Source: Octopus sinensis (Eukaryota). Taken from it: a DNA stretch of 64,000 bases. The first letter of the stretch is position 1. Every line of letters begins with the position of its first letter. A model generated the notes under the pieces. It ran no database searches. It saw only the letters and a list, made by a program, of their open reading frames with translations, and was not told the origin of the DNA. The position numbers and the translations under genes were made by a program. The stretch is from NCBI RefSeq assembly GCF_006345805.1, contig NC_043004.1:73036001-73100000 (forward strand). The letters are read 5' to 3'. Of this stretch, positions 37,001-49,560 are shown piece by piece.

Positions 37001-37273
37001 ACGTGCAGGGTACTGAGGCCCTTTTTCTTTTCTCTTCGTTCTTCGTGCTGCTTTAGCTGGGCGGGCAGGCCGGTATTTTGTTGGATGGCCGTTGACTCTT
37101 CAGGAGTTCATCCGCCCTTTGTTGGGTCTTATTTTTCCATCCCACAGGGAGTCCAACAGCACCCTCCTCACCAAGCGAACCTGGTGGGGTTGTCAGTTTA
37201 GTCGCCGACGTCCCGACCATGCAACAGGTTGTACTGGATTACATGTTACCAGTAGCACTCTAGAGCGACCTGA
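34096..37273 (-). mobile_element. Near full-length young RTE-clade LINE (APE endonuclease and RT)
   Basis: 664-aa ORF 34991..36985 (TYNCRS, GLCETRW, YAPT, MGDFNAKVG, IDYILV, SDH, NYRPICLL, FIDYEKAFDS) continues in frame past one stop into 34190..34846. Tail (TCAAAGTGA)x2. Confidence 0.93.
34125..36985 (-). pseudogene. RTE ORF with few lesions
   Basis: Nonsense codon at 34991-34993 (GVK*GDTISPKLF), catalytic FADD changed to FADN, and one frameshift near 34345. Confidence 0.85.
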
Positions 37274-37356
37274 CAAGTGTCTTCTACTATAGCCTCGGGC
37301 CGACCAAAGCCTTGTGGTGGATTTGGTAGACTGGAAACTGAAAGATACCCGTCTTA

Positions 37357-37396
<40 letters not shown>

Positions 37397-37526
37397 CCAC
37401 CACAAGGCTTTGGTCGGCCCGAGGCTATAGTAGAAGACACTTGCCGAAGGTGTCACGCAGCGGGACTGAACCCGGAACCATGTGGCTGGTACGCAAGTTA
37501 TTTACCACACAGCCACTCCTGCGCCT
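37274..37526 (-). mobile_element. SINE type B 5' half (37394-37526) plus an inverted duplicate piece (37274-37352)
   Basis: Head ends at 37526; perfect 50-bp inverted repeat 37274-37323 / 37394-37443. Confidence 0.85.
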
Positions 37527-38359
37527 AAAAATGATGAACAACCCTAATTAATTGTTGGAACCTTATTGGGTCCTCATCATCGGCGTCTCCATCACTTTGA
37601 CAGTCCCTTTGACAGTCTCTTTGACAGTCCCTTTGACAGTCCCTTTGACAGGCTATGCAAGTAATGTGATTGAAGTTAGAAAAATAGGTAATGGATGTAT
37701 ATGCATATTCCAAGAGTTATTGCTCTTTCATCAACACTACATCCAACCCATCATCTATCCACGAACACGTTGTTTAAATACTCACAACGTTTAACAATGT
37801 AATGGAATTGGGTAGACCAATCTACATATAAAGTACATTCCTGGCAACTGGTACATAAATATTAATTGCTGGCAAGAACACGGCATTTAGCTTTGTGACC
37901 ATAAGATACCGTAATAACGTTGGTGTGGTGAAGAAATGAGAATAAGACAGTTTTACAAGTCAATACAGTGCTTTACTTTGTGCTAGCAGTGCGATGTAGC
38001 CACTCTTTAAATTTATATCTGTAGATTCCCTAGAGAATCCAGGACCAGTACTACAAAGTACGACTACGTAAACAATGCGGTCGAAAACAGAGAAATAAGT
38101 AATGAATGTATATGTATATTTCAAGAATTATTGATCTTTCATCAGCACCCCACACAACCTATCAGCTATCCACTGTGTCCTTTCCAACGATTATTTTATT
38201 TAAACAATCCCGGAAGAATCCCGGAAAGTGAAATCGACTTAGGCACTATTTTAAATCGGAACATAATGAAGTGTTGTGACTAAAAAAAATTTCCTCTCGC
38301 TTCACCGTTTTTGCTTGAGAATCATTTTTGTAATTCTGGTGGATTTAGTTAGCGATTTA

Positions 38360-38459
<100 letters not shown>

Positions 38460-39214
38460 AGGCGAGCTGGCGAAATCGTTAGCACGACGGCGGCAGGGGC
38501 GGGATGATGGTGGTAGTGATGATGGTGGTAGCGTGGTGGTGGTAGTTGTCGTCGTCGTAATACCGTTGGTGAGGTGAGGAAATGAGAATAAAGATGGTGG
38601 TACCGATGGTGGTCTGTAGTACAAATGATGATAATGGTAGTGCTTCATGTTGAAACAGTGGTTAATGTGAAGTTTGAGATTATGCAGATCATAATTATGA
38701 AGACATGGCTACGATTTGGGAAGTGAGGTTTTGGTACTGTGTTGACAACAGAAACTGTGTTTCAAATAAATTCACAATACTTTCCCTTGAGAAAGAGATA
38801 AACCAATGAAAAAAACAATTGAAATAAAATTTATTTCAAACTATTGACGGAGAAAATAGAGGGGGTTATGAAGAAGAAAGAAGATAAAGAAAATAGAATG
38901 GGGTGGGTTGATAAGGATGGAGAAAGGAGGGGAAGAGAGAGAGAGACGGTCAGAGGAGATGGAGTAATAAAGAGAAGGGAATGATGAGAGGTAAGGAGGG
39001 TTCTGTGTCTCCTCTCAATATGTATGCGTGTATGTAAATATATATGCGTATATGCATGTATATATGAAATGTGTGAGTGTGTGTGGGCGTATGTGTATGT
39101 GTATGTGTATATATACGTATGGGTGTGTGTATACATCATTCGTATACATACATACGTTTACATTTACTTACATTCCTATATATTTGCTTATAAGCATGTA
39201 CGCATATTTGAAAC

Positions 39215-39273
<59 letters not shown>

Positions 39274-39357
39274 CATAGTTATACATAAATACGCACACAC
39301 ATATAATATGTATATACATACACAAGTACGTACGTACACACATGGATACGTTTAGAA

Positions 39358-39610
39358 TGTCCATTATGTCATATATCTGTGGAAGATATTACACATGTGA
39401 TCAACAGCTGCCCAAAAAAGTTATAGCGCTACCACCTTCATATGTGGCGTAATGTTGTCGCTAAAACAATATACAATTCCATTCATGGGAAGGACTGCCC
39501 TGGGACCAATATATTTCTGATGTTGAATATATTATTACGTTCCAACGCGAGGAACATCGGTGGAACTGTTTCATCAAAGCTGCCGCCAAATATAAACACA
39601 ATATTGCCTG
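39358..39610 (+). pseudogene. Old fragment of a restriction-like-endonuclease non-LTR element
   Basis: CPLCHISVEDITHVINSCP knuckle, then (R)NVVAKTIYN and RWNCFIKAAAKYKHN (CCHC-RHD-PD region). Confidence 0.6.
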
Positions 39611-40038
39611 GGAGACAGAGTTAAGCCAATGATGCGCCTTTTTGTAGCTTCTTAGTCTGAGACAAATAACAGCCAAATCTCCCTCAAAGCACGCTCTACT
39701 GTCTTTAAGAATGATACTTTAGATAATGATGTTTGGAGGATACTAATCCTGAAGAACGATACGAATCATGAAGTGTGGTCGCAGATCGATCATTGATCTG
39801 TGTGATCAGGGTTTCTCAGCCCATTCCATCAAGTTTGCTCATCGGGCGGTAATTTTATTCCAGCGTTCTTGTTCGGTTACATTAGTGTCTATGCACTCCT
39901 AGAATACATTGATAGCCTTCGGGTACTCTTGAAAGTTTCAACGCCATGTGGATCGTTGTTTACCAATTCTTCTCTATATTTCTTGCGATGCACATCTTGT
40001 TACTGTTTCTTTTGGAGAAAGACTTTATATAAGGATGT

Positions 40039-40210
40039 ACCAGCCATGCTGGGGCACCACTTTTGAAGAAATTTTAGTTGAATGAATCGACCGCCTTTAA
40101 ACTTGGTACTCATTCTATCGGTCTTCTTTGCCGAACCGCTAATTTACAAGGACATAAACAAACCAGTACCGGCTGTCAGGTGATGTAGTTCGGAACAGTC
40201 ACAGACACAC
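40039..40210 (-). mobile_element. SINE type B 3' fragment
   Basis: GCCATGCTGGGGCACCAC..GCCGAACCGCTAA. Confidence 0.72.
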
Positions 40211-40877
40211 ACATATGCGCGCGCATATATATATATATATAGAGATAGATAGATAGATAGATAGATAGATACATACATACATACATACATACATACATAC
40301 ATACATACATACATACATACATAGAGAGAGAGAGAGCGAGAGATACATTGAGGCCTTTGTCTTTGTTTGCAGAGCAATATGTAATCACAATAAGAACTTA
40401 GCACTACAAATTCGAAGACACATGCATGACGGCGAGATTATGCATCATTAACACCATAAGTATTGGCTTTAAAGAATGGATAAACTCCACGAATTATTCA
40501 AAAGCTTGTAGTCCCTCCATGGCAATGTTTAATAATTTCTAAGAAAGAATTACTTTCCTGTTGCTTCTGTTGAATATTCCGCAAAAGTTGTCAATAGGAG
40601 AGAATTAAAAAGAATATAATGAGGGGAACACTCTACGAAAGAGATAGCGACAACCATAATGGTGGCGTCGGTGGTGTGGTGTGGTGTGGTTGTCGTGGTC
40701 GTGGTTGTCGTACGTTTCCAGACTAGGCTATAACTACTGGGTACAGGGAGATATTGATACTTCGAATTCTATTTATAGATAGACAGACAGACAGATACAT
40801 ACATACATGCATATATGCATGCATGCATAAATACATACATGCATACATACACACACATACATACATACATACATACA

Positions 40878-40911
<34 letters not shown>

Positions 40912-41048
40912 CATACGTACATACATACATACATACATATATACATATATACATACGTACGTACATACATACATACATACATACATACATACACACATAC
41001 ATACATACATACACACAACATACATACATACATACATACATGCATACA

Positions 41049-41082
<34 letters not shown>

Positions 41083-41094
41083 CATTCGTACATG

Positions 41095-41126
<32 letters not shown>

Positions 41127-41176
41127 CATACGAACATACATACATACATACATACATACATACGTACATACATTCA

Positions 41177-41210
<34 letters not shown>

Positions 41211-41259
41211 CATACGTACATACATACATACATACATACATACATACATACATACATAC

Positions 41260-41372
41260 AAAACTATTCTGTTGTTGATATTGAAATTCCGATGAAGGAA
41301 CTTTGGATCTAGGTTAGAAACCGGCTCTTTCTCTATTGGCAAGAAATCTTGAAATAAAACTGAAAAGTGACA
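41260..41372 (+). mobile_element. About 110-bp element embedded in (TACA)n; second copy at 61796-61905 (-)
   Basis: TTGGATCTAGGTTAGAAACCGGCTCTTTCTCTATTGGCAAGAAATCYTGAAATAAAACTGAA is shared by both copies. Confidence 0.75.
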
Positions 41373-41383
41373 TACATGTATGA

Positions 41384-41464
<81 letters not shown>

Positions 41465-42080
41465 CATGTGTGTGTGCATATGTGTGCGTTTATGTATGTG
41501 TATATACATAATATAGATAATATATATATATGCATATGTTCATATATGTACATACCTACATATATATGTACATATACATGCATATATGGGTACAAGACGT
41601 CAAAAAAAAAACGCGAAAAATATGAAAAACGAGAACATACAAAAACAAAAACATGGGAAAGGAACTTTTTTCGAACAACGAAAGAAAGAAATAGAGAAAC
41701 GAGACGGGCAACACAAGGAACAATCCCTTCATCAGTTGTCCCCTGTTTAATCAACTCCGCGTTTCGAACGTATCATACTCCAATGATATATGTATGCATG
41801 TATATTATCAGAATTGAAAGTACGACGAAGGATATGAGGCCGACATTCCAAAGCCACTATCATCCGACTTCTAAAAGTATAATAAACATGTATAATACCG
41901 AACAAATATTCAGTAATTCTTCCATTTCTTGTAAACTGTTTGTATTCTAACTTGACATAAAAGAAACATTTACATATACGTATGTATGTATATATATATA
42001 TATATGTATATACGTACACATACATATTCATATATATATATATCCATATATGTGTGCGTGTGTATAAATATTCATATATA

Positions 42081-42131
<51 letters not shown>

Positions 42132-42759
42132 ATACATATGTATGAATATATATATACATACATATGTATGAATACATATATATATATATATATATTAACA
42201 TATGTATACATATATATATGTATTTATATATATATTTGTATGTATGTGTGTATAAAAACTATGAATACGTAGATATGTAGATATATATATATATATATAC
42301 ATACATACATACATACATACATACATACTTACATACATACATATATGTGTATGTATGTATGTATGTTTTTTTATTTCTTTATGAATGAATTTATGAATAT
42401 GTATATATGCGTCTGTGTGTGTGTGATATATCTGAGCGTGAGCATTGACATATTTATAAACGCATCTAATTAAATCTCTTTGATCAAAGGATATTACTAT
42501 AAAGACATTTCGCTCATATCTTTCATTCTTACATATGCTTTATAATGTATATTACATTTTGTCTTGATTTATGTTTTTGTTTGCGCATGTGTGAGAGAGA
42601 AAGAGGCGGGAAAGAGAGCTAGGTTACGTTGCAAAAAAGCATTTACATTCACAGCCTACGACTCTACATCCTCAAACGTCTAGCCTTTCCATCAAGTATC
42701 GCTAGAAGTCGGGAGAATTCTACAGCAATGCATATCTTTTACTAGCTTCTGTCGTTAGT

Positions 42760-43752
42760 CAGTGGCCATGATGGAGCATCTCCTTGAAGGGTTTATTTAA
42801 TCGAATGAATTGTCACCAGTGCTTGGTTTGAAGCCTTTCGAGACGGTGTCCCAGCATGTCAGCAGTTAATGAATGAAAATAGTAACACAAAAGTCTAAAT
42901 ATTTCTCTCTTTTGCCGAACCAATAAGCTATGAGGACGTAAATAAACCAAAACCGGTTGTCAAGCAATAGTGGGGTACAAACTCAGACACAAAGACGCAC
43001 ACACACACATAGACACACAAACAATCATATATTTCTCTATCTTTCTCTCTATATATATAGTGGGTGTGTCGTAAGAAGCTTGCTTCCCAACCACATGATT
43101 TCGGGTTCAGTCCCATTGCGTGGCACCTTGGGCAAATGTCTTTTACTATAGCCATGGGCCAACCAAAGCCTTGTAAGTGGATTGGTAGATAGAAACTGAA
43201 AGAAGCCTGACGTGTATATTTATATATATTATGGAGATGTACTTGCATAGCGAGTGACTTGATCTGAGATCGTCTGATTCACTTCAACATTTGAATTTCA
43301 TTTGTCAAAATATTTTCATCACTTTGAGACCGCGACCTGTTCACTAACAAAGCTTCGTGCTGAATCTCACGAAGCTTTGTCAGTGTTTTTTTTTTACTAC
43401 AGCCCCATCCCTTGTGAATGAATTACGAATTTGGAATTTGGTAAACGGAAACTTTTTAAAAGCCGTCGTGTATGTACATTACATGTGAGTATATGCGCGC
43501 TGCGTGTGTATGTGTGTGTGCGCGCGCGCGGGGTTTTTACTTGCGCACGCGCACGCTTTTGTCCTGCCATCATTCCTCGACTACCAATATTGGTTTGTTT
43601 ACGTCTCCGTAATTTAGCGGTTCAGCAAAAGAAACCGATATAATAAGTACCAAACGTTAAAAAAAAATAAGTAACGGGTTTGATTTGTTCCACTAAACCA
43701 ATGAAGACGGTACTCCAGCATGGCCACAGTCCATGAATGAAACAAGTAAAGA
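42760..43752. mobile_element. Cluster of SINE type B fragments (42760-42995 -, 43060-43215 +, 43430-43752 +)
   Basis: Recognisable type B head, centre and tail segments. Confidence 0.75.
43301..43351 (-). ncRNA. Putative minimal type I hammerhead ribozyme (G3-C8 variant), probably a Penelope-like element relic
   Basis: UUUGUUA-GUGAACA-G-GUCGC-ggucucaaa-GUGAU-GAAA-auau-U-U-UGACAAA: 7-bp stem I, 5-bp stem II, palindromic stem III region. Confidence 0.55.
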
Positions 43753-44414
43753 ATAATAATAATAAGCTTAAATATTATTCTCCTTCTGCAAGTAGTGGTA
43801 ATAATAATTAGCTTGATTGAAGGTGAATATTTTCAGAGAACTTTTACACAGCTGCAAAATGTTAATGGCACTTGAAGCAGAAAAATATTTGTTAAAAACC
43901 AAAATTAATTTCAAAGACTTAAATTTTGCGCTTTCAGTTCTCTTGCCCCGTTCCAATATAATTTATATATATGTATGTTCATGCATGTGTGTGTGTGTAT
44001 GTGTGTGTGCGTATACTTATATATATATACATATATATATACACATACAAATACATATATACACACACACACGTATTTATATATAAATATACATAGCTAT
44101 GTATATATATGTGTGTGTGTGTACGTATATACATATGCATATATATATATGTATATTTGTATGTTTGTATGTTTATATATAAATATATATTATATATATA
44201 TACATACACATATATATATTCATATACATATATATATACACATACAAATACATATATATACACACACACGTATTTATATATAAATATACATAGCTATGTA
44301 TATATATGTGTGTGTGTGTACGTATATACATATGCATATATATATGTATATTTGTATGTTTGTATGTTTATATATAAATATATATATATATATATACATA
44401 CACATATATATATC

Positions 44415-44481
<67 letters not shown>

Positions 44482-45375
44482 TATATATATATACATGTAT
44501 ATATATATATGTCCAAGTGTAATGAGTGTATTAGTGTTTTCATGTTATATACATGCATGTATGTGTGTGCATATGCTTCCATATATACATGTATATGTGT
44601 GTGTGTGTGTGTATTTTTTCTTTTAATATATATATATATATATATTTTTTTTTTTACTATATTAACAACGCTACCAGAATGTTTATGTAACTAAAAAACA
44701 ACTCAGGTTCTTTGATCTCACTCGACCCATTACCAAACTAGTAAGACTTATGAGTGCGAACAAAAACGAGAGCAGAACTGGAAAATGCTTGTAAGTTATA
44801 TAAATACAGACGAAGCCCCGGCAAGGCTTCGGCTAATTTCTTCCGGGTACTCAGCTTTTCTTCTGAATTCTGTTTGGTTTTATGCAGAGACGGCACCACT
44901 TGATATTTTTACATCATCCTTAATTATATCTTAATGGAAGCTTACAGACAGACTATTTGGCGCATCGTTAGCGATCATTGCATTTGAGCAAAGAATAAGT
45001 ATCGCCGAAGCGTCGTGCTCTAACCACAGACAGACAAAAACACTCGTTTCACTTCTTCCCTCCACCTCTCTCTCTCTCTCTCTCTCATTCTCTTTCTCCC
45101 TCTCTCTCTCTCCTGCCCTAGCTCTTCCCTCTCGGTCCTTGTCTCTACTAATTACGTATCTGTTTAATTCATATTATATTACATGAAATTAACCGCAAAT
45201 TAATCAGGTCACACCCAGTTAATTAAAGCGGTTAATTAACGGCTAAATGATAACACTTAAGAATTCTCTTTTTCCCTCTTTCTCTCTCTCCCTCTCTCTC
45301 TTTCTCATACACACACAGTCATACACATATGCATATATATATATATATATATTATATATATACTTACATACATAT

Positions 45376-45415
<40 letters not shown>

Positions 45416-46426
45416 TATATATACTTATGTATACATATATACATGCATAGACACACATACACATGCATATTTGTGTGTGCGTGTGTGTGTGTGTGTGTGT
45501 GTGCGTGTGTGTAAAAATCATCCGCCATTTTTAACGACCGTAAATATATTAAAGAGGTTAAGTTTGACGGCAATGTTACACAAATGCCACAGAAGATAAT
45601 TAATGAATTATGAAAAGAAACAATAGAAAGAAGAAAAGTGAAGCATGAGAAATAGTGAACATTTTTACTCAGCAGGTAAACCCAGCTGCTGCTCAAACCA
45701 AAGACAGGAAGTGAAGAATTCCTTTTTTGCTTTTGTTCCCACATTCAAGAGAGTTACGTGAGTCTCTGAAGTTTATCAAGTGGTGTGTTTCTTTTCTCTC
45801 CTCCTTCGTTCTTCCTCCACCTTCTCCTCTTACTACTACTACTACTACTATTACAACAACTGCTTCTACTACTACTATTACTATAGTTTTGTTGTCGTTA
45901 TTGATGTTGTTGTTGTTGGTGGTGGTGGTGGTGGTGGTGGTGATGGTGGTGGTGGCGGTGGTGATGGTTGTGGTGGTGGCTGCCCTTCGTCCTTTCAGGG
46001 GTCAAGGAAATAAAGTACCAGTTGAGTGCTGGGGCCGATATAGCCGACTTACTCCTCCAAAATTGTTGGCTTTTGTTCTGAAATTTGAAACCGGATCCAG
46101 TCTTCGCATGCATAGATTGGGGGCCCTAATATGCTAATAGACCGTTAGCTGGGACCCTCACACCCTTAGGAAAAACTCGACGCTCTTAGCAGCGACTGCA
46201 TTGTAAAATTGACAAGTAGTTCGTCATCTTAGGGGGCACAGTTCAGTTCCTCTTATCGTTCTGGAAAAGATAACGAGAAGCTAACTACTACCATGAATCA
46301 GTGAAGTTAGTGGTTTCTGATGGTTACAGTCAATGTAGAACACTGAAGTACTACACTGAGATAATGTACTAAAGTACTGCACCGCAAAACTGCGTAGAAG
46401 CAGAGCACTAAGGAACTACACTACAC

Positions 46427-46735
46427 TGTTGTTGTTGTTTGTTCCTTCTCGAGCCACGCCTGGTTCATAGGACCGGTTTCCCGGTTTCGTTGGCGTATAG
46501 GTTCCCCACCTGGACATGACGCCGGTCCGTCACAGGTGAGCTGCAAGATACAGGAGGAAAGAGTGAGAGAAAGTTGTGGCGAAAGAGTCAGCAGTAGTTC
46601 GCCATTACCTTCTGCCGGAGCTGCGTGAAGCTTAGGTGTTTCGCTCATAAACAAACATATCGCCCGGTCTGAGATTCGAACCCGCGATCCCTCGACCGCG
46701 AGTCCGCTGCTCTAACCACTAGGCCATGCGACTCC
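46427..46735 (-). mobile_element. tRNA-derived SINE type C, alternative tail 2
   Basis: Head TGGCCTAGTGGTTAGAGCAGCGG..GGTTCGAATC; tail unrelated to that of 19127-19499; ends (CAA)n. Confidence 0.85.
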
Positions 46736-47739
46736 ACACGCTACAATGTAGTGCACTAAAATACTGCACCGAAATAACTCACTAAGTTAACCCACTAAAA
46801 TTGCTGCACTTCGGAAATGCATTGGGGTAATAAACTGAAGTAATGTAGTAGTCCTGCATTAAAGTACTACACTAAAGTACTACACTCAAAAATTACACTG
46901 CAGACATGCATATACATTACACTGAAGAACTAAACTGAAATGCACCGAAGTACTGCTCTTAAGAATTGCCTTGATGTCCTTCACCAAAATTTTGCACTGT
47001 GGTAATACACAGACGTGCTGCGCTGAAGAACTGCACTGATGTACTGTTCTGGATATCTGCATTGAAGAGCTGTTGTGTCGTGTTGCAATGAAGAACTGCA
47101 CTTAATTGGTGTCTCGAGAAATATTAAAGAATTGTTCATCAGTATGATGAAGCCTAAAGTGCGTTTTTTCTGGCTCTCTTTGTTTCTTATTTCCTTACTC
47201 TCTTCTTTCTCTTCCCAGTCTCTCCTAAACTTTCACTTAGCATACGGTGAAGGACTATGTCCGAAACGTTATACTTTTAATCAATTGTAGGGACTTTAAT
47301 AACCGGTAGTTAGGGCCCCTAGCATTTTTCAAACCATTCTTCTAGAAGATGGATTCTCTGATATAAAACCGACGGTTTGTGAAAATCTTTACTCCATCGC
47401 TTGTTACAGATGAAGATATTAAAGAGAAAAAAACACGTGCATCTGGACGAGAAACCATCACTTAAACATTTGCCATCTGCTGTTCAGATACACTCTACCA
47501 AGTTAAAATTGAGGCCCACAGAACACAGTTACCGCTTGTGACTGGTAGAATTTGTTGTGAAGCAGAGGCTGCATACTAATAGGGAAGATTCACGCACTAG
47601 GTTGCTTCTCACCTCATTACATATACAAACTAGAAGCCGTAAGCGGTAAGCGTGAGGCTGCAAGAACCATTGTACTAAGCACACACACACACACACACAC
47701 ACAGAGCGTGTGTATGTGTAGGTACATATATATATATAT

Positions 47740-47978
47740 GGAGGCGCAATGGCCTAGTGGTTAGGGCAGCGGACTTGCGGTCGTAGGATCGCGGTTTCGA
47801 TTCCCAGACCGGGCGTTGTGTGTGTTTATTGAACGAAAATACCTATAAGCTCCACGAGGCTCCGGCAGGGGGTGGTGATCCCTGCTGTACTCCTTCACCA
47901 CTCTTTCTCTCACTCTTTCTTCAGTTGGCCTGCTCGCTTAGGTGGCGTCATTCGAAAGCTAAAACAACAAACAACAAT
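47740..47978 (+). mobile_element. tRNA-derived SINE type C, alternative short tail 3
   Basis: Head closely matches the 19127 copy and diverges after CTCTCACTCTTT. Confidence 0.85.
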
Positions 47979-49142
47979 ATATATATATAAACACATACAT
48001 GCATATGTTTGTATATCTATATGCATACAAATATATATATATAAACGTACATACATGCATATAAACATACACACAGGTACATGCATATATATATATGTAT
48101 GTACACAGATAGATAGATACATACATGCATACATACATACATACATACATACATACATACATACATACATACATACATACATAGAGAGATAGATAGATAG
48201 ATAGATAGATAGATGTACGCGCACTCATGCATTCAAATACAGACAGTAGCATAGTAGAGTTGTTACTGCGGGGATTATTGTAAAATCTCAGTTATAAGTG
48301 TTATTCAGCATTGATTTTGAATTGGTTCCAGTTTTAGCTATATTTCGGTTAGCTAAAAAAAACATGTCATCGACCATTCTACGTACGTACGTACGTACGT
48401 ATGTATGTATGTATGTATGTATGTATGTATGTATGTATGTATGTATGTATGTATGTATGTATGTATGCATGCATGTATGTATGTATGTCCTGGGTATGAT
48501 TTCAAACTGCATCCAGTAGTGGAGCTCTAGTTCAGGGGTCCCATGGTTTTGAGGAGTATGGAACACCTCTTAGCTACTATTTTTCCCAAGTTACCTCTGA
48601 CCCGAAGTTGTAGCACCTGTCAGGATCCCAGCTACGGGGACGCAAAAATACCCTTGATTGGTATCAGGGCGTGTAGTAAAATCATCGGTAGTGAGGGACC
48701 CCTAGCTGTTGTCACACCAATCTTCTAGAAGATGGACTCTCTGATGTGAAACCGACGGTTTATGAAAATCTTTACACCATCGCTTGTTTCGGATGAAGGT
48801 CGAGGATATTAGAGAGAAACCATCACTTAAATATTTGCCAGCATACCAAAGTTCATCAAAATTATCAAATAAAGGTGAGTTCATAATTAGGGCTGACAGG
48901 TATTTAAATGTAGTATGTATTCCTGTATGTATTACGTATGTTGGTATGCACCTTTCGGCCAGTCACTAGGTAGTAATAATGAAGACTCAAAGAGCGACAC
49001 TTGTGTTGTACAAGGGTATATCACTGTAATCCAACGATCTATAGATGGATGTCTCCTTAGATTGATCTCATATGTCACAGAATCTACTGAAAGTTCTATG
49101 GCGATAGAAGAGTCATGACGTGTAAAAAGCTCACTAGCTGGA

Positions 49143-49560
49143 ACTCTCTTTACTCTTTTACTTGTTTCAGTCATTTGACTGTGGCCATGCTGGGGCACCG
49201 CCTTTAGTCGAGCAAATCGACCCCGCGACTTATTCTTTGTAGGCCTAGTACTTATTCCATCGGTCTCTTTTGCCGTACCGCTAAGTTACGGGTACGTAAA
49301 CACACCAGCATCGGTTGTCAAGCGGTGGGGGGGGGGACAAACACAGACACACAAACATACACACACACACACACATACATATATATACATATATACGACG
49401 GGCTTCTTTCAGTTTCCGTCTATCAAATCCACTCACAAGGCTTTGGTCGGCCCGTGGTTATAGAAGAAGACATTTGCCCAAGGTGCCACGCAGTGGCACT
49501 GAACGCGGAACCATGTGGTTCTTAAGCAACTTACTTACCACACAGCCACTCCTACGCCTA
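49143..49560 (-). mobile_element. SINE type B, full length
   Basis: Colinear with 14092-14578. Confidence 0.9.

Noticed and set aside
36986-37273. HDV-like ribozyme in the RTE 5' UTR (and in the Dong 5' UTR, 6371-6460)
   Set aside because: Such ribozymes are known from some RTE/R4 elements, but I could not assemble the nested double pseudoknot by eye; a descriptor search would be needed.
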